Shown piece by piece: positions 12,862 to 28,300 of a stretch of 64,000 bases of DNA (positions are counted from its first letter, which is position 1; each line of letters starts with the position of its first letter). The notes under the pieces were generated by a model. That model was not told the origin of the DNA. It made no database searches and was given only the letters and a program-made list of their open reading frames with translations. The stretch spans positions 6,020,311-6,084,310 of the forward strand of contig OZ199839.1 of assembly GCA_964304625.1 (NCBI GenBank), read 5' to 3'. Both the position numbers and the translations under genes were made by a program. The DNA is from Kudoa neothunni (lineage: Eukaryota > Animalia > Cnidaria).

Positions 12862-15248
12862 TTCAGCTCAATTGAAAATCTGTATACAATAAAATTAGAC
12901 TACTAACTAAGCGAAGCGCCTTATGTAATATCATTTGAAGCTAAACAGGACAATGATCGTATATATCCCATCCCATCCCATCCAATACTGAATATTTATT
13001 CATTAATTAAAAAAATTGAATTTTTTTATTAATTTTGCCTTTCTGTCAAATTTATTAGGATTACGTCCATTTTCAGGTGGTAACTAATTATCAACCTATA
13101 TCCATAAGATTTGAGAGTCTACCACTCTCAAAGTTTTTGATATTCATTTTTTTTAATATATAATTTTTGACCCGCCTTCCGAACATTATGGAAAAATATA
13201 AGAGCACGTTCGAAAAAGACACAATAATATATTGTTAATTAATTAAAGTGGAAACCAGTTATATTTTATAATTGTATAGTCGAACATATTACATAAGAAT
13301 AATTTAATTAAATATTATTTGGATTATATTTAATTATTTCTGGACAACTGCATCGCTCTTAGGAGTGACGCATAATTAAATATAGTGGATTATAAAGAAT
13401 AAATTCTGTATATAGCTTGTGAGAAAGAGTCGTTACGATTCCAAAAATTTTCTGCGCGCGTGTACGAATTTAGGAATAAAATTTACTGTGCAAATAATCT
13501 GTCTCTATTGCCACTATAAAAATTTCGTGATACGTTCGGATCTGAATGTTTCTTGATTTTATAGGACCAACGAAAAGCAAACAATAAAAAAACATCTCGC
13601 AATACCGTGTTGTGACCGATTATATAGTGATATTTACTTATTTATTACTCTCGAACACCTGAGGAAAAAGTTTACGCGAATATCTGAAGTTGGTCACTGC
13701 GACCACATGCACAAATATATTAAAATAATAAAAATCGTTGCAAAACACGAAATAATACAAAAATACCAATAAATGCATAATTATAAAACGGAAATTGATT
13801 TAATAATGAATTTAAAAGTTTCAAGCCTAAAACAACTTACATCTATACGTTTTTGAGATTGACTCCTATGTAGAAGTATCTGCCAAAATACGATCAGTAT
13901 TTTTGGCAAATATTTCTTCAATTTTATAACTTCAATTGAATTTTCTTATCAGAGACTATATTAAGGTTATGAAACTCAATTTTTTCAATATTATGTATTT
14001 TTTGAATGATCCTTTTTGTAAAAATAATCATTAAACAAAAGTTTATTATTATTTATTATTTTTTTCAAGATACTGAAATTTATATTTCCTTTATTGCTCA
14101 TTTTTCAAATGATTCCTATAGTTGTGCACGCACAGACAAAATTTCGTCATATCAAATCGTTATTTTTAGGATTAAGAACATAATTATTCACGTCATTTTT
14201 TACATTTCAAAATATAATAAACTAAATAAAAATAAATCAATTATGAATTTTTATGACGTTAATTTGCGCAAGTGCGAGAGAAAAAGAATAATTTTGCCGG
14301 GATGTGTATATACTTTGAATAGTGTGGAAAATTATAGATAGACTCTTTTATTATTGTTTCATTTTCTTCTTCTTCTTATTATTATTTTAACAGCTAAGAT
14401 TTTTTTTATTCTCAAGATCCATTATTTTATTATGAAATCTCTTCCCCTATTGGAAAAAATATTTTAAATATATAAATTCATACATTATAAATAGAAATTT
14501 GGCATGAAAAATTAATGTATGAATACGAAAAATACACTTAGTCTTAGTCTTAGGATTTTTAGATTTTGAATTTTCAAATTATGATAGGATGGTTGAAATT
14601 AAACTTTAAGCACTCATATTTAACCTACTACTTTTTATTGATATATGATTTAACAAAATTATTATGATATGTGCGATTCACATTCCAGATTAAATTAGTT
14701 TCCTGAATTAAGTTGTTATAGAAACAAAAAAATGAATTTTTAAAAAATTCTGTGCTCCAAAGTACCTTAATATTGTTTATGTTACTGGCAGGAACGTCTT
14801 TTTATATATTTTCATTCTCGAAACGTTATTATTTATATAGTGGGCATTTTTAGGTGTGTGTAATTATTTTTTTTATTTTTAGCCAAAAGATTAAACGTAA
14901 AACTCTATTATTCAATTCTTTTTAAAAGCATCATTATATTATAAAATTCATAATGGGAAAAAAGAAAATAAATATTTTGTAAAAGTTGCTGATATAATAA
15001 TAAGCGCTGATTGGTCATCTCCAAGTATTCGAGAGTTAAAGGATTGTTTACTTGATTCATAAACAATTTTTACTATTTGTTAAGTAAAATAATTTAACTT
15101 TTGTAACTTGAATTAAAATTTTTGACATATCTAATAACTAAGAATATGGAGATTTAATAGGAAAAACAATATAAAATTATGGGAGAAAAACACGTCTACA
15201 GAGGACTCATCAGTTTTTTTAAATAATCGATTATTATTGTTTGTTTAA

Positions 15249-18043
15249 CCCATTCAGGGTTTTCGTTGCGTTTTCGCAACAAAATGTATTTGATTATATA
15301 ACAACATATAAAATTATTATTTTAAATGTATTCTGTTATTTTAAATACCCAAACATATTAATTTATGGAAACAAATATTATTGGAGTTAAATTCATATTT
15401 TAAGGTTGAACAAAATATGATTTTATGTGCTATTTTTGAAATTCCAACTAGACGAACACCAACTAGAGTTTCGCCTAACACAGATCATGAAAATCTTAGT
15501 AAAAAACATATCAACTGCCATTTGTCATTTAATATCTATATATGATAATGAATAAATATTTATTTGTAAAAAACATGTGTTGCGAAAACGCAACGAAAAC
15601 CCCGAACGGGGTAATTGTGCGCGCTGCTTTAAGTATCACTGTATAATGGATCCAAATTCGTACTTGAATCTTTTTGATGCAATCAAAGAGTATGAAGATA
15701 ACGAAAATCTAGAGTCGATTGATTTTGTGTTATTACCCCCTGAAAAAGTCGACGCTCTTACAGATACTGAGGATAATTTTGAATCCAATTTTAATGGCAT
15801 ATGTGACATCAATTTAATTTCTGAGGCTCTTGAATCCTTCGTAAATGATGATACCTTGATATGGACTGATAAAACTAATGTCGATTCTACTCAAGAAAAA
15901 TCAAAATTTTTATGTCAGAATGAGACTATATTAATCAATCGGGATATGTATAATTTTTCATCAATACTTGAAAGGAACTTAAATTCTTATGGAACTTTTT
16001 TGGAGTTATTTGATGAAAATTTATTTACACGCATCGTGAAACAATCTAATTTATATGCGAGCCAGAATAACAACCATGACTTTCATGTTACGATTAGTGA
16101 AATGAAATCATTTATCGGTATTCTGATTTTGTCTGGTTATCATAGATTAGCACGCCAGTCTATGTATAGGGAATCTTCTCCAGACGCTGGTGTTGAACTC
16201 GTTAAAAGTTCAATGACCTACAAACGCTTCAAATCTATAAAAAATTCATCCATTTTAATAATAATTCAAATATTGACACCACCGATAGATTTTTCAAGGT
16301 ACGCCCTTTAATTCAAGAATTTAACAAAAATTTCAAAAAATTTGGAATATTTGAAAAATATATATCTGTGGATGAGCAGATGGTACCTTATACTGGTAGG
16401 CATTCCGCTAAAATGTTTATGAAAAATAAACCAATTAGATTCGGCTTCAAGCAGTTGCAGTGGGTTATGTCATCATCCTCCGGTTACATGTATAGTTTTG
16501 ACGTGTATAGTGGAAAGTCAGCAAATTATGATAAAAAATATGGTTTGGGTGGTAGTGTCGTAATCACTTTTGCGGATGAAATAAAAAATGAAAAGATCTC
16601 AATATGTTCTTCGATAATTTTTTTACTTCCCAAAAATTATTACAAGAGCTCAAAAGAAGAAATATCAAGGCTACTGGAACGTTAAGATCAAACAGAATAT
16701 CAAATTGCCCTGTTACTCCCCAACAAGTAATGGCAAAAAAACCAAGGGGAGAATTTGAGATGTTTTCTGATGATCAACAAGGTACTCATTGCATTCAATG
16801 GAATGATACAAAACCTGTTATCGCATTGAGTAATTGCTACACCGCTCACCCTCTCCAAAGCATCAAAAGATACTGTAGGTCGAAGAAAAAAGAAATTACT
16901 ATTTGTCAGCCATTTATGATATGTGCATATAATAAGTTTATGGGTGGAGTAGATATTGCCGATAATTTAATTTCTTGTTATAGAATTAATATAAAAGGAA
17001 AAAAATGGTATTGGCCCATTTTTACGAATATGATATCAATGGCAGTAGTAAATTCATGGAGGATTTATAATATTGTAAACAACACACAAATTGACTTGTT
17101 GAAACATGTCAGGAATATAGTGACTGACTTGGTAACATCCACAAAAACCAGCATTGGCCGAAAGTCTCTGTTGGGTAAATTGCAGAACGCAAATCTATGT
17201 AATAAACCAACATTGGTGTCTCATCCTCACAAAATAAGACGTAGGTGTGTGGTATGTAAAAACACTACCGTCCATATTTGTAAAAGTTGTGGAAATCATA
17301 TTCATATAAAGTGCTGGGGGCTGTTCCACAAGTAAATGATTAAAATTATAATTTTCTTGTAGACAACTTTTTTTCCTCATGTATTTGACAAATATTATTT
17401 ATGTGCGTTGTAATCTTATTCCAATACAAGGAAAGTTTTTCATTGCATTTTTGGAATCTAAATACTTCTCGATTATACTCTTTTATAATTTAATTTTTTC
17501 CGATTATTTTTTTAGATGATTATTATAATCGTTATTAAGTCTAATACCAGATATGTAAAAACTACAAAATTGTAAGTTAAATGGGTTAAAGGTGTAAAAT
17601 TTAATCTCACATAGCAAAATAAGGGATTAGTTAGAGGTTTTGTTACTAGTAAGGAAATATTGTTGAAATATGAACTAAAAATAATTTTTTATCGCTAATC
17701 TGGGCTAAGAAGACCGAGTGACACTCAAACATACTACAACCCATATCATTAAAAAATATAGAAAACAAAAAAATATAAATTTTTCGATAATATGTCACAT
17801 AGGTATTACTAAATTGTTGTTTAAAATTCAATGTTTTTGTTAATTTCATTTGTCACGTGACACGAAAATTTATATACCACATAAGTTTTTCGTTGCGTTT
17901 TCGCAACACTGCAAAAACCTACGTATCTTTGTCTTTGTAAGGAGATGAAATTTTAAAATAGTTTTTTTAAAATCAATAATAATATTGTTAGTTTTACTTA
18001 ATATTGTAATCTTCCAAAAATACAAAATTGGAACCTGAATGGG
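15249..18043 (+). mobile_element. piggyBac DNA transposon, near full length
   Basis: TTAA at 15245-48 and 18044-47. TIR CCCATTCAGG/CCTGAATGGG. 23-bp internal inverted repeat at 15577-99 and 17887-909. Encloses a transposase. Confidence 0.93.
15646..17335 (+). pseudogene. piggyBac (PGBD2/3-like) transposase with two frameshifts
   Basis: DDD motifs VDEQMVPY, FFDNFFTS and YNKFMGGVD; KKWYWP; C-terminal Cys-rich domain RRCVVCK...CKSCGNHIHIKCW. Split over three frames, with shifts at ~16240 and ~16592. Confidence 0.88.
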
Positions 18044-19306
18044 TTAATATACGTACAGACATCTGTTCATATGTAATACAAATTTATATAAGAACTGAAT
18101 GATTAATTTAAGTTTTAATAGAAAAATTTATAAATAATTAATCCAGAAATATTTTTGTTTTATACATTGCAATGATATATGTGCTTCATTATATAAGTCG
18201 TACGGTGATATGTGGTAGTTTTGTCCGGAATTATGATTAAATTATTGAATCCCAGTTTCCCGATAATCAAACATTTATCGACATGTAATTTCAATAAAAT
18301 TCAATTAAAAATATCTTCCGGATAATCGAGATTCGACTATGTGATATAAAATTCTAAAATAAATTAAAATTAATTGTAATACTCCTTAACAGGTTCACAG
18401 TTGATACGATATACAGAATTTCAACATAATTTTCAAGTTGCACATGCGCCAACTCAGATCACAAATATACTCCAAATTAGAGGTTTTATGATAAATAAAA
18501 ATACTTCAAATCAACGTATTCAATATTTTTTAGAATCAATCCGGCGATTTAAACATCAAATTCATATTTACTAATACGATACCTAATGATTAAATTATTC
18601 GTTTTATTCTCATTATGAAGTATAAATTCAACCATTTATCTAAGGGATAACACAAATATTCGGTTTAATTATTAAGGCTTTAGTTAATATTCTTTAATAA
18701 ATTATACAACATTTACGAGCTCGAGCGCATATAATCTAACCCGATAAAATAATATAATGACTGCTTTCATATTCTTTAAATCAAATAATTAATAATAATA
18801 ATTATAATAATAAAAATTAATTAATAATAAAAACAATATTTATGGATAAATCATAAAAAAATAATTGTAATTTCCAATCTCGCTTAAGTAGGATGTCAGA
18901 CATTTTATTTTAAAGCAAGTGTCGATTTTAAAATATCGTACTAAAAATGATAGAGAACATAATTTATATTAAGGCGCGTAAAGCTTATTAAAATGGTTGA
19001 GTCATATAATTTTATAAATGAAACTCTATGAGTAATGTTACTAAGGCGTATAATACATTTACAAGTTAACATGTGAATAATAACACGGGCTTTTATTAAC
19101 CTTTGGGAATTTAACGAAGGATTCACCTATACTGATACAGCTGACATTGTTGTATCGAGGATTTGTTTAGAAAAATATATTTTAACATAACAAGCTGAAT
19201 TCTTACTCTGATAATACATTTATGTTAATAAGAACAACCGCATAATAAAAGAAGTGATAAAAGTATGCACATAAGCGCGTTTTTTAATTTCCCCTCCCCA
19301 TCTTAA

Positions 19307-21496
19307 ACTTCCAAGCGCCACAAAATCGACTTTACGCATTCCTCCATTTGGGGTTCAATGGAACCCAAATTTTGTTAGCTTTAATTATGGATAAAATTGA
19401 AATAAATAATTTAATAAAGAATGAGAGAAAATAATCGATAAAATACTGGAAAATATCACAATTATAACACCGCCGAGTGTTAACGATTATTACCGAAACA
19501 TATAAAAGATTAAATTAAGCGTGTTTAATTTTTTTAAAAATAATGGGATTTAATAAAAATATATATCATCACCAATTAAATAAATCTTAAAATTGTTTTT
19601 TTTTTCGTAATTAATTTCTTAATAATCATGTCCAATAATACCAGCAATACATATTATTCCAAAATACAAAAAATGCGAGATATTTATATTATTTTGATAT
19701 TTCATATTACAAAATATCACGAAAAAATCTTTTGAACTGCTTTCATTACAAATGATTCTACAAAAAAATCCTCGCTTTTCTGTCTCGAGATATCGAACAA
19801 CAACAACAACAGCATCATTCACAATAAAGGAATTCTATTATGCAATTCTAATTTTTGTCAATGTGTTTTTTGTTTATCTGAAAATAATCCTTCGCCAAAC
19901 CATCTTCAAGCTCTTCTGGAAACTTACCTCATGAATAATTGTGATTATAGAAAACAGTCGTAAAGATATAATGAATTAACCAAGCTAATTACCACCATAA
20001 TGAAGCATACTGCTGTCGACCATCGATTCGTTTACTTTATACACTCGTTGTAGCAATAATATGATTCACTCCTCCTGTTTAACGATTATATTCCAGATTA
20101 ATAACAGGTTTTTTCATAATGAACCGGAGGATGTTAGCAGTCAACCTGCTTTACCTGTTATAGGAACATAGGAGATTAGTATTAGTTTTTGATTAAACAA
20201 AAGTGTACTAAAACTTCCTGTTTTCAATTCTTTTTTAGATAATTTGTAATATCTCTTTTATCATTTCGTATTGTGCCAATCATCCCCATGTAAGAGTTTT
20301 TGGGCAATGGAAGCAAAAGTAAAGAAATTATCACAAATGATATTTCTCCCACTTTCCATTACTGATAACACAAGATCTAGAACAATATCTCCTCAACATT
20401 TTCTGATGTTTCACTATTATTCTTATTCGAATACACAGACACTAATAAGTTATGAGTGTATATTGCCGAAGAAAAATAGCCCCTAAAAACAAATAGTTGC
20501 TCGTCAATGGTCGAACTCTCCTGGGGGTAGTAAATTTCGGAACGACAATCTTTCGAGAAGTATCACAAATGGGGAAGGACTTATCCATGATTCTTAAAGT
20601 TTCTCTAGTTTTCGATTCTTCTTAATGAATGGCCTTCGAAATTTGATTAAACCTATTTAAAGGCATATTTCGAAAAATATCCCTTCGCTTTCCAACACTC
20701 CAAAACAATTTAAATCATTCTAATTAAGATTTAAAAGTGGGAATACAATTATGGATTCCTAAATTAACTAGCAAATTTTGTATTAAAAATTGTTCAAATA
20801 ATTCTGATACTTAAAATTTGTAAACGTGTTAATGTTTGAAATAGCAGTAGAGAAAATGGATTCACCATAAAGTAAAAGGGGTGATCAGCTAAGAAGATGA
20901 TTCTGTTTGAAACGTAAAAAATTGAACCTGGATAATCTGGAACATATTTCGTTTAAAGTTTTTAGTAATTTGAAGTTTCTTAGAAAATTAATTAACAACA
21001 TCCTTATATTCGTAAAAATTTCGATAGTGTTTATTATCTTTGGAAATATTTGAATGGCATAAATATCCAAAGACATCATAAAATCCATTGATATCGGACA
21101 CAAATTCATTCAAAATATTACGCTTCGAACCATTTATGGCCGCGTTTTACTCGTCGGCAATTATCGGGATTTAACGTATGTATGGTTTTTTCAATTTTTC
21201 TCTGTTTCCTCTCGATAAAATTTCATTTAATTCTCGAAATTGTTGTAAATTGTTTTTCTTTGTTGTTTGATGGAGAAAAAGCGTGGTGTCCATTCGACTC
21301 CAAAAGTGGGAATGTGTAAGTATTTTGATTATTTCGTTACCTGAATGTACAAATTAAAATTTTCTAATATATTGTAATAGAACTCATATTTCTAGGAGAG
21401 TAGATGTGATATTAACTAAAAAGATGTAATATAAGGTTCTCTATAATTGATTCAAACATCCATTGGGCCCAATGGACCCCAACGACGCTCGGAAGG
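19307..21496 (-). mobile_element. Decayed piggyBac (PGBD4-like) element
   Basis: TTAA-flanked imperfect TIRs (ACTTCCAAGCGCC / GACGCTCGGAAGG). Inverted subterminal palindromes at ~19348 and ~21463. Minus-strand remnants STIDEQLFVFRG (~20480-20514), RNIICDNFFT (~20320-20347) and NRWSTAVCFIM...NSLY (~19965-20030). Confidence 0.8.
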
Positions 21497-22304
21497 TTAA
21501 TACCATAATGTTTTGAAAGATTAATCCTTATTATTTCTAAAAAAAACTATACACACATATATAATATAGTGATAAAAATTATTAACTTGGAACAATTTCG
21601 GCCCTGGGAAATAAATCCATGTTTGGATTAATCGAAATCTATGTTTGGATTATTTTATTGTCGTCAAATATGCGAAACTGAACTATACCGACAACTTGTT
21701 TTATTAGAATATTAAGCCAACACCTTTGTTGATGAAATTAAGTCTCAAGAGATATATGGATTATTTAGAACAATTAAATGCGAAAAGCCTTTCCAATTCA
21801 ACGAATGGAGTTACGTAATAGATAAATGATTTAAAAATGCATTGATATAATGAATGTGTGATGGGTCGTATAGTCTCATAATATCAATATTTTGGAAAAA
21901 CAACCGACGAAAAATAAATTTGATGAAACTAAAATAAATAACGCGAACTATCAAAAAATGGAATTAACAAAAGTCCCTCATCAAACCAGCTAACATCCTT
22001 GTGTTGATAGAACGGATAAGAATTAAAATTAACGCTAATGTGATTTCATTGGTTGAATCGCGTAACTGTTACTTACAACTATCAACAACAGTCGAATAAA
22101 TCACACTAAATAACCATTAGAATCCGACCTCATCCACCTGCTCTAGGTGCTGTATTCGTAATCCATTTCAAAGGGGATTTAAGTCGAAAAAATTCGATTG
22201 CCTAATTATATTAACTTCGTCCAAAAAATTATAGTAGCTCATCGGAGTTTATCAGCGTTCTTCGTTGGAATATTATTTTAAAAAACTTGTTTATTTCCAT
22301 ACCG

Positions 22305-25300
22305 ATGAGCCAGATAAATCCCCAAGAACTGTTAGAATATGAACAGCTGATTCGGTCGTTGAACATACAAGGCGATCGAATTCCTGGAAGATATGTTCAG
22401 GATTTCATGTCCAGATCATCGCTTTCGAGGGACAAATTAAAAGATATATGGTAATAGTTGTATACATTGGTTGGAAATAGTGTGTTTGGATTGTTTGTGT
22501 GTGGTGACATTGAATATAGGAATCTTTGTAAGCAGAATAGTGATTCTACGTTTTCCAAAGCTGAATTTGTGGCTGTGTTGCATTTGATTAAGTTGACCGG
22601 GAAAAACATTCCTCTACCCTCACAGTTAAATATTGGCGAGATTGAGAAGCTGATAGATCGCTCCAAATCAATCAGCCTATCGCAAAATAAAAGTAATGCC
22701 TTAAATGATTTGAATGTGCGCATGAATTGTTTGAAATATTTTCTCATCGTTTTCTTCAATCAAATCTAGATATAACTCCTGCCTATAATACAGCAGTTGC
22801 GTTGAAAACTCAAATGCAATCTCAACCGCGTATTTTAATTGAATCTAAATCAGTTGTTATATATTTTAAATTCGATTCATTCAAGTGAACAACACCCCTT
22901 CTATGTATTTAACTGATGAAATATCTGATGACGAAAAATTACGCTACCTAGAATCGTTTGAGAGTAACGCCACTTTTCAGGCCGCAATCAAATCAGTTAG
23001 TTTGGAAAAATGGTGCCACATGCATCTACGAGAAAATGTGGTAATGTCTGATGTGGAAAAAATATTCAAACTAGCTGACATCTATAAAAATGGTTATCTA
23101 AATAAGGAGGAATTTTTCATCGCTATGCATGTATACACAAAACATTCCATGGGAGCGCCTATACCAACATTTGTTTCGTATAAATTGAAACAAAGTGCCA
23201 GAAAACCAATCCCTGTGACCCCAAAATCAATAGCAGAACCATCAACCAAGATATCACGAACAAGTCAACCTCAAAATGTGTGTAGGTTGACGCAGAAGTC
23301 GTTCGACCAATTTCAGCCTAATTATAATGTTGATTTGCCGTCAGTCACATCACCAACTTCAGCTCTAGCTTCGACTTCAACTTCAACCTCAACCTCTACC
23401 TCTACCTCTACTTCACTTGGAATAACAATCCCAAATCGCTCTATTAGTTGTTCATTTACAAATCCCCCAAATTATATTCCTGCAACCAATTCTAATATTG
23501 CCAATCTTGAACGTACGCGTAGTACGGATTGTTTTTCCACAAATAATTTCAATTTTGATTGCATCAACTCTTTCCCCACTGTCGAGGAGAAAATGTTTTG
23601 TTTAGCGAGGAAAATTCTAAGCGATTCCAAAATGTTTCTTCGTCCAAATGTCAATCTTAACCTTATTGCATTAGTGAATAATTTGTTGGGCATGATTGGC
23701 AATAGAATGACTCCTTTGTCGGAGAAATTCCAAAAATTTTATGGATTTTTCCATCAATGTCATTGTTTGTCGGTTCAGTCTCCACAGGCTATCATTAATA
23801 TCGCACAATTCAAAGCATACATGGCTAAAGCTTACAACTGTCTCACGGATATAAACAAATTTGCTGTAGGTGTTTGGTGTGAGTGTATTTTCTGACTAAT
23901 GTTTGTGGGTGTAATAGACCCACCATGAAAAATCTCAACATAGCCCGTCTCTTAAAAGTGGCCCCACAACAATTCAACCCAATACGAATGTGAGTCCGAT
24001 CATTCAACCCTCTCCATCAATTCTTCCTTCCACCCAAAAGACATCCTCAATGCATGTTACGGGTTATTGAATGGATTTCGTTATTTTTTTACATTATATA
24101 TATATATATATATATACAGGAAATCGTAGTGGTGTGGATAAGGAAATTGCCAACTCTAATTTATTTGAAAATATTAAACATCCTCATTCTTCGCCTCCTT
24201 TCACTCAAGGTATCTTAAATGAATATTAACGGCCTGTCTTAATTCATTTCTGCTTGCGTTAATATAATTATGTTGTACGCTGCTATTTTTATATTTGATA
24301 ATTATCTATTACAGCATATATATATATATATATATATATATAACGTTTTTCCTCGAAAATAATATCGAGTGTGATTTTTAATCGGAATTTTGAATAATAC
24401 TTGGCATTATTTCTGAGTCTCTTGGTAGTCATTCCTCGATAAGACCTTGATTCATAGACTTTAGTTACAACAACAATGAATAATCACGGTTTCTATGAGG
24501 TTAAAAATAATTTTTTATTACAAATAAAATAATATACATTACTTATTCGAATAATAACAAAGAAATGTAATGATATTGATTATATGCTTCAAATATAAGA
24601 TCTAATAGTTATTTCTTGAGTAAAATTAATATGATTGACTCTTATTTTGGGGAATCGCGGTATATATATATATATATACATATAGAATAGCGTAAAATAC
24701 TCAACATTTCTTGCAATAGGAATAATTTTTATTTGAAGCTTCTTAAAAACTGCCAAAATATACGCTAATCCGACAAATTAACCAATAAATCAATTATTTT
24801 TGAGTTTGTTAATGTATCATATTTTTATCGATTGTGATTAGCGAAATTAAAATAATGCTCATTTAAGGGCTGGGCAAGAATTCACAAACTAGAGCCCGCA
24901 ACCAACATTAAATAATTGAAGATCGGGGCGGTATTATTTTTGTTCGCGAATTTTTTAAAATTTCGAAGAGTTTTATTTAAAAAGTTATTTTTTCCCCTTG
25001 GAGTTTTCAAGCCCGAATTTGTACATTGATGTTTTAGAGAGAATATTAAAAGAGGCAAAATCTATATGTGATTGGATGAGAATTAATATCTTATATCTGA
25101 TAACTAGTTTAGAATATACTTGTTCCCATAAATAATTGCGAAACGAATTTAAATCAAATTAAATGATAAAAATATTTTAAAAAATGTAATTTTAAATAGA
25201 TCTTAATTGAAGAAATTTGAATTTATCCGATGGTTTCAAGAATATCTGAGGACACAGTCCTAACGATATTTATTATTATTAAAGAATTTAATCTATTTGA

Positions 25301-28300
25301 TTATAATTCTCTCTATAAATTCATCATGAATTAAGCATATGTTGTTTTTTTATTTTATTAATAAAAATTAATATAAACTTCGAACTTGGATTATCATGGT
25401 AAATACATTAATAATCCTTGTTTAAAGGGCGATTTCGACGATTTATTTCCATTAAATTCAGTCTTACGACAAATAGATTCTTTTTTTAGGTACACTTTTT
25501 GTCATAAAGTTATAAAGAAACGAGGCTTTAATTAGAAACAACTATTCTCACCGGCTTTTTAATTAATAATTTCTCCGAATATTAGTTATATGAGTAGATA
25601 TTGAATGCTGTTCAAAACCTGTCAGTAAGCATTCTTAAAAAAAATTGATACTTGTATTTCATAAATACATAAAATACTAGTATCGATAAAGATAATTTAT
25701 GAAACAATTCTAAAGTTGAAGTTATAATATTTTATATGGAATTTTTATTTCTTTTTATAATTTGAAATTTTGTAAAATTTCACAAAAAATGTGAACTTTG
25801 AAACAATAAGTTATTTTTGATAACGTTCCCGCATATTTTTCATGTGTTCGTCAAATGAGAAATAAATAATGGAAAAATATTATATATTTTAATATTTTAA
25901 TTAATCATTGAAATTAAATAATGAATGCGATGGTATTAGAAAAATCTGGAATATTTGAATCGTGAAATAAAATTATTATATTATGTTTTTGCGCTTGACC
26001 CATTTGAACAATTTTTCTCAAAATGTAAAGTTTTCTGTGTGCGCAATAGAATGCTATTATTTTTATACTTTGTAAAAATAACGAGTTTATTTTATGTGCT
26101 TCGCTATGTAATTCTAAATTTGGAAAGTAGTGGGTCTATATGATCGATTTTTCCTTTAAAGATCTTATATCAGAAAAATCAATTGAATATTTCTTTCTAA
26201 ACAAATGTTAGTCGAATTAATAATGTATTTTCTTTTTTATTTTGTGTTAGTTATAAACTAAAAAGAACTTGTTATAATTAATTTTGTAATGTGAAATTTT
26301 TGAGGCATCTTAAGTGGAAATGAAGGGAACGTTAGTTTTTTAAACATGTTATGTCCCTCTAAATTAGGTTGCGCATGAATCTAGCTGACGTTACTTTTAG
26401 AGCTTAACTTCATATAGGTTTGATTAGTCGTTTTTAAGCCATCAGAAATTGTGTGATGTTTACATAGTGATAGATATTATTTTAAAACAAAATTAAATTC
26501 TAAGTAAATAATTTAAACACAAAATATTATTCAACATTTTTATCGTCTTATATCATAAGCTATTTAGTCTCAGAATCACTTGGATTATGTAAAGTAAATT
26601 TCTATAATTTTTATGAAAATCACTGATAAATTGCTTCTAATTAGTACATCAGAAGTTTTTATAGTATGAATGAAAATAGTCCTAATTTTTAGATAGTTAA
26701 ATAGATCAATTAATCTGTTAAATCAATTAAAAAATTGCTGGGAACGACTAAAGCTGAAAATCTCTACAGATATTAAAATATCCATACTAAGAGAATCGAA
26801 ATTTTACATTCTTATTAATTAAAAAATAGTATTAAATTACACGAAAATTAATTTTTATCGTAATTTTGTTCTTTTGTTTATTAAAAAAATGTAATCATCC
26901 AATTTTTATTATTATATTTATAATAAATTCCATATTCTAATGCGTATTTACTATTTAGGTTGTAAATTTTATGATCCTGCGAATCATGTATTAATTCATT
27001 CTTCAAATTAAAACTAAACTCTAACGTATAATAAGCTTAGTTTGCCCCAAAATGGTTTTATCTTTATTTTTGTATGATTAATACACTAATTTATTAGCTT
27101 CAGAATTTTAATTTCAAATTAAAAGGACCAACATTTATCAATTTTTTTTATTAAACTCGCGAAATAGAGTATCCTTTTATTTTGTCTATTGTGTGCTGCA
27201 CGAAATTTTCATTTTTTGAATAAATTTTTATTTTTAGGTTTTCCCACGACAATTTCTACTTCCATTCCTAACAAACAAAGTCCCCTATCAACCCAGCAGT
27301 CTAGCGCACCTGAGAAACCATCAACTTGTAATTAATATTCCATTGATATTTTGCGAAAAACTGTGCCAATCTTATGATTTTTGATTCATATATAGCTCCT
27401 TCTTTGGTACCCATCGCATTCAAACAATCTCCAACACAAACTTTCGCTAATATTCAATCAGACATCCCCAGAAGTCAAACTGTAACCCCCGCCATGTTAA
27501 ATACGCGCAATCAAACATCACCTTCCCCCAACCTACAATCTCTGTTCCTTCCAAACACTTCGTTATCGCTAAACAGAAATCAGACTCAAAAAATTTTTTC
27601 TAATATCCACACAAAACCAACACCTCAAAACGATCCCTTTTATACACCCAAAAATGTTGATAACAAGTTTATAGGTATGTCTAGTCTACAGTGTGTTCGA
27701 ACCCAGCAGTTTCAATATGGATGTGTTGGTTTTAGAGGATAACGCTACCGATACTCCAGAACATGAAAAATCCAGGAAACTTTCAACTTCAAGTGGTTCT
27801 GGATCAATTTCTAAAAGGTGAAATTAAGCTACTCTATAATTGCATAAATGCTTAATCTGTCATTGTAGATCATCTATCGAGTCTGGTGCTGGTCCCACTG
27901 TCACAAGGGCTATGAGTGAAAATGTTCGCCTCTCCCCAAAAAATACGTATGCAATTTTTTGAAATATTATTTGAGTGGCAGAATTATTGGTGTAATAAAA
28001 TTAAATCATTCAAAAATCGCTGTTTTAGTAGTTTTTAAAATTTTAATTAAATCGATTTATTACTTGAAGCAACGTGAAAATCGTTTCGCTTTAATTTTCG
28101 AGGTGATCTATTATTGCTATTATTGACCTTGCCGTTAGTTCTGTTTCTCATACCGCACCACAAGAGTGGTTCCTAACCAATTCATATTTAATATTGTAAT
28201 AGTCATTTTAATGAATATTTGTTTTACATTCGAATACTTCGTACTAAACGTAATTCTTCATTTTAAATGGATTTTTTATTGGAATTGGCTATTGACACGG

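Noticed and set aside
14006-14341. Short AT-rich ORFs (also 19619, 20885, 25955, 32741, 39911, 42686, 51133, 52232)
   Set aside because: I/F/K/N-biased chance ORFs with no recognisable motifs or exon structure.
15190-15214. Hammerhead-like CTGATGA-GTC..GAC on the - strand
   Set aside because: The required GAAA after stem II is absent, and no stems I or III are evident.
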